Assembly (NCBI GenBank): GCA_965203135.1
Contig: CBDBBO010000001.1
Span: 1,678,071 to 1,742,070, forward strand
Reading direction: 5' to 3'
DNA: 64,000 nt
Origin: Dehalococcoidia bacterium
Lineage (GTDB): Bacteria; Chloroflexota; Dehalococcoidia; Lucifugimonadales; CATOSD01
Positions 62,602 to 64,000 of the stretch are shown in pieces (position 1 is the stretch's first letter; every line of letters begins with the position of its first letter). Below the pieces are notes generated by a model, which did not search any database, had not been told where the DNA came from, and saw only the letters and a program-made list of their open reading frames with translations. Made by a program: the position numbers and the translations under genes.

Positions 62602-63861
62602 ATGCCCCGGCCGCACGTGCCGCGCATCCGGCCGTCCAGCATTCGCGCGCGGGTGCACACCTTCGAGTCGTTCAAGTACCGCAACTACCGGCTCATGTGG
62701 GGAGCCACCGCCTTCTCCAGCGGCGCCTTCTGGTTGCAGCAGGTCATCATCGGTTGGATCGCCTACGAACTCACGAGGTCGCCGTTCCTCACCACCGTCG
62801 CCATGGGCCTGGACGCGCTGCCGATTCTCATTGTCGGCCCGTTGGGAGGACTGCTCGCGGACTCATGGGACAGGCGAAAGCTGCTGGCGGGTATGCTGGC
62901 CTACCAGTGCGCGGCCACGGCAGTGTTCGGTGTGGTGGTCATGTTGGGGATGCTGGAGACGTGGCACATATTCGCCTACATTCTGGCCATGGGGCTCGCC
63001 TTCGTCATCCTGGACCCGACGCGCATGACTATCATAGCGAGCTCGGTGCCCGCCAACAGCATTGTGAACGCCTTTGCCCTGAACTCGCTCGGGTTCAGCG
63101 TCATGCGGCTGGCCGCGCCGGCGGTGGGCGGTGGCGTGCTGGCGCTGTGGGGCGCATGGCCGGCGCTGATGCTGGAGGCTACGTTACATCTCGTCGCCGT
63201 CGGGTTCGCCCTGGGGCTCAGGCTCCCCGTCGTGGAGCAGGTGCCGCTGCGCTTCCGCTCCGGGTTCGCGCGCATCGCCGAGGGCGCGCGCTACGTCAAG
63301 GGCGAGCCGGTGATCCTGGGCATATGCCTGATGGGCGTGCTCATGCCGCTCCTGGGGTTCACGTTCGTCAACGGACTGATGCCCGTCTACGCGGCGGAGG
63401 TGTTCTTCGTGGACTCGGTGGGCCTGGGTCTGCTGATGGCGTCTATTGGGGCGGGCTCGACGCTTGGGACTCTGGTGCTGGCGTCTTTCACGACCATAGG
63501 CAGCCGGGGGCGGCTTCTGGTGCTGGCGGTGTTCCTGACCGGCGTCACGATGATGTTATTTTCTCGGACGCCGACCATGCACACGGCCATACCGCTGTTG
63601 ATGCTGGTGAGCGCGTTCACGATGCTGTTCTTCTCTACCGCGAGCGCCACCATCCAGAGCCTGGCGCCGGAGAAGTTCCGTGGCAGGGTGGCGTCGATCT
63701 ACGCGCTCACGTTCGGGACGCTGCCCGTGGGCAGCCTGCTTGCGGGGGCGCTGGCGCAGCAACTGGGCGCGCCGATGGCAACGCTGGTGGCGGGGGCGTT
63801 CATGCTGGCGGCGCTGCTGGTGCTGGGGGTGCTGTTCCGGTCGCTGTGGCGGCTGCGGTAG
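62602..63861 (+). CDS. MFS transporter (MFS_3/EntS-like layout)
   Basis: 'FESFKYRNYRLMWGATAFSSGAFWLQQV' is a typical N-terminus, followed by 12 TM-like segments. The start is uncertain. ATG 62602 was chosen, and the track start at 62374 adds a Pro/Arg/Ala-rich extension. Confidence 0.8.
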   Translation: MPRPHVPRIRPSSIRARVHTFESFKYRNYRLMWGATAFSSGAFWLQQVIIGWIAYELTRSPFLTTVAMGLDALPILIVGPLGGLLADSWDRRKLLAGMLAYQCAATAVFGVVVMLGMLETWHIFAYILAMGLAFVILDPTRMTIIASSVPANSIVNAFALNSLGFSVMRLAAPAVGGGVLALWGAWPALMLEATLHLVAVGFALGLRLPVVEQVPLRFRSGFARIAEGARYVKGEPVILGICLMGVLMPLLGFTFVNGLMPVYAAEVFFVDSVGLGLLMASIGAGSTLGTLVLASFTTIGSRGRLLVLAVFLTGVTMMLFSRTPTMHTAIPLLMLVSAFTMLFFSTASATIQSLAPEKFRGRVASIYALTFGTLPVGSLLAGALAQQLGAPMATLVAGAFMLAALLVLGVLFRSLWRLR

Positions 63862-63879
63862 GTAGGCTACACTAGTCGC

Positions 63880-64000
63880 TCACAGCTTGCGCAGTATCTC
63901 GTCCGCTACGTGCTCGCGGCCCTGGGGCACCAGCACGCGGAAGGGCACGCGCTCGCCCCAGGTGGTGATGTCGCCCTCCGGCAGGATCTTGGTGGGCAGG
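63880..64000 (-). CDS. 3' end of an unidentified gene (partial at window edge)
   Basis: The minus frame is open to the window end. The peptide '...LPTKILPEGDITTWGERVPFRVLVPQGREHVADEILRKL*' has normal composition, with a TGA stop at 63880-63882. Confidence 0.4.
   Translation of the reverse strand, partial: LPTKILPEGDITTWGERVPFRVLVPQGREHVADEILRKL

Overview
High-GC bacterial chromosomal window with about 65 supportable protein-coding genes and no rRNA, tRNA, CRISPR array, transposase or integrase. GC was judged by eye, not computed. Gene content plus a Leu-type T-box leader suggest a Chloroflexota-like or other T-box-using lineage; this is inference only.

The backbone is ordinary metabolism and envelope genes:
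- a MacA/MacB-like efflux pair
- an Ldh_2 oxidoreductase, dienelactone hydrolase and phosphotriesterase-like hydrolase
- a circularly permuted ATP-grasp protein
- DUF1800, DUF1501 and an NHL-repeat protein
- Amt, an alpha-E protein, ComEA, MscS, AtuA/DUF4387, an FAD oxidase and ComEC
- hydroxypyruvate isomerase, an E1-like ThDP enzyme, cyclophilin and MFS transporters
- a minus-strand ilvBNC...leuA...leuC cluster

Several visibly lower-GC accessory insertions are embedded in this backbone. The four most interesting observations are:
1. A tightly packed five-gene operon at 12972-18043: Dcm methyltransferase, a GHKL-type ATPase, two proteins I cannot assign, then Vsr. I read it as a candidate uncharacterised methylation-associated defence system.
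2. A single 1602-aa gene at 26213-31021 fusing a sacsin-like GHKL ATPase head to a C-terminal SF2 DEAH helicase.
3. A DUF3179 lipoprotein gene whose only interruption is an in-frame TGA at the first Cys of its CxxC motif. A hairpin follows the TGA, and a SelA-like PLP enzyme gene sits immediately upstream. This is a selenocysteine candidate versus a pseudogene.
4. A small islet inside the ilv-leu operon at 56.2-58.3 kb, holding an Mrr-like nuclease and two paralogous tail-anchored mini-proteins.

A roughly 450-500 bp imperfect inverted repeat pair at 12.29-12.73 kb and 31.03-31.53 kb brackets both GHKL loci. All functional calls come from motif recognition by eye. No database search was run.
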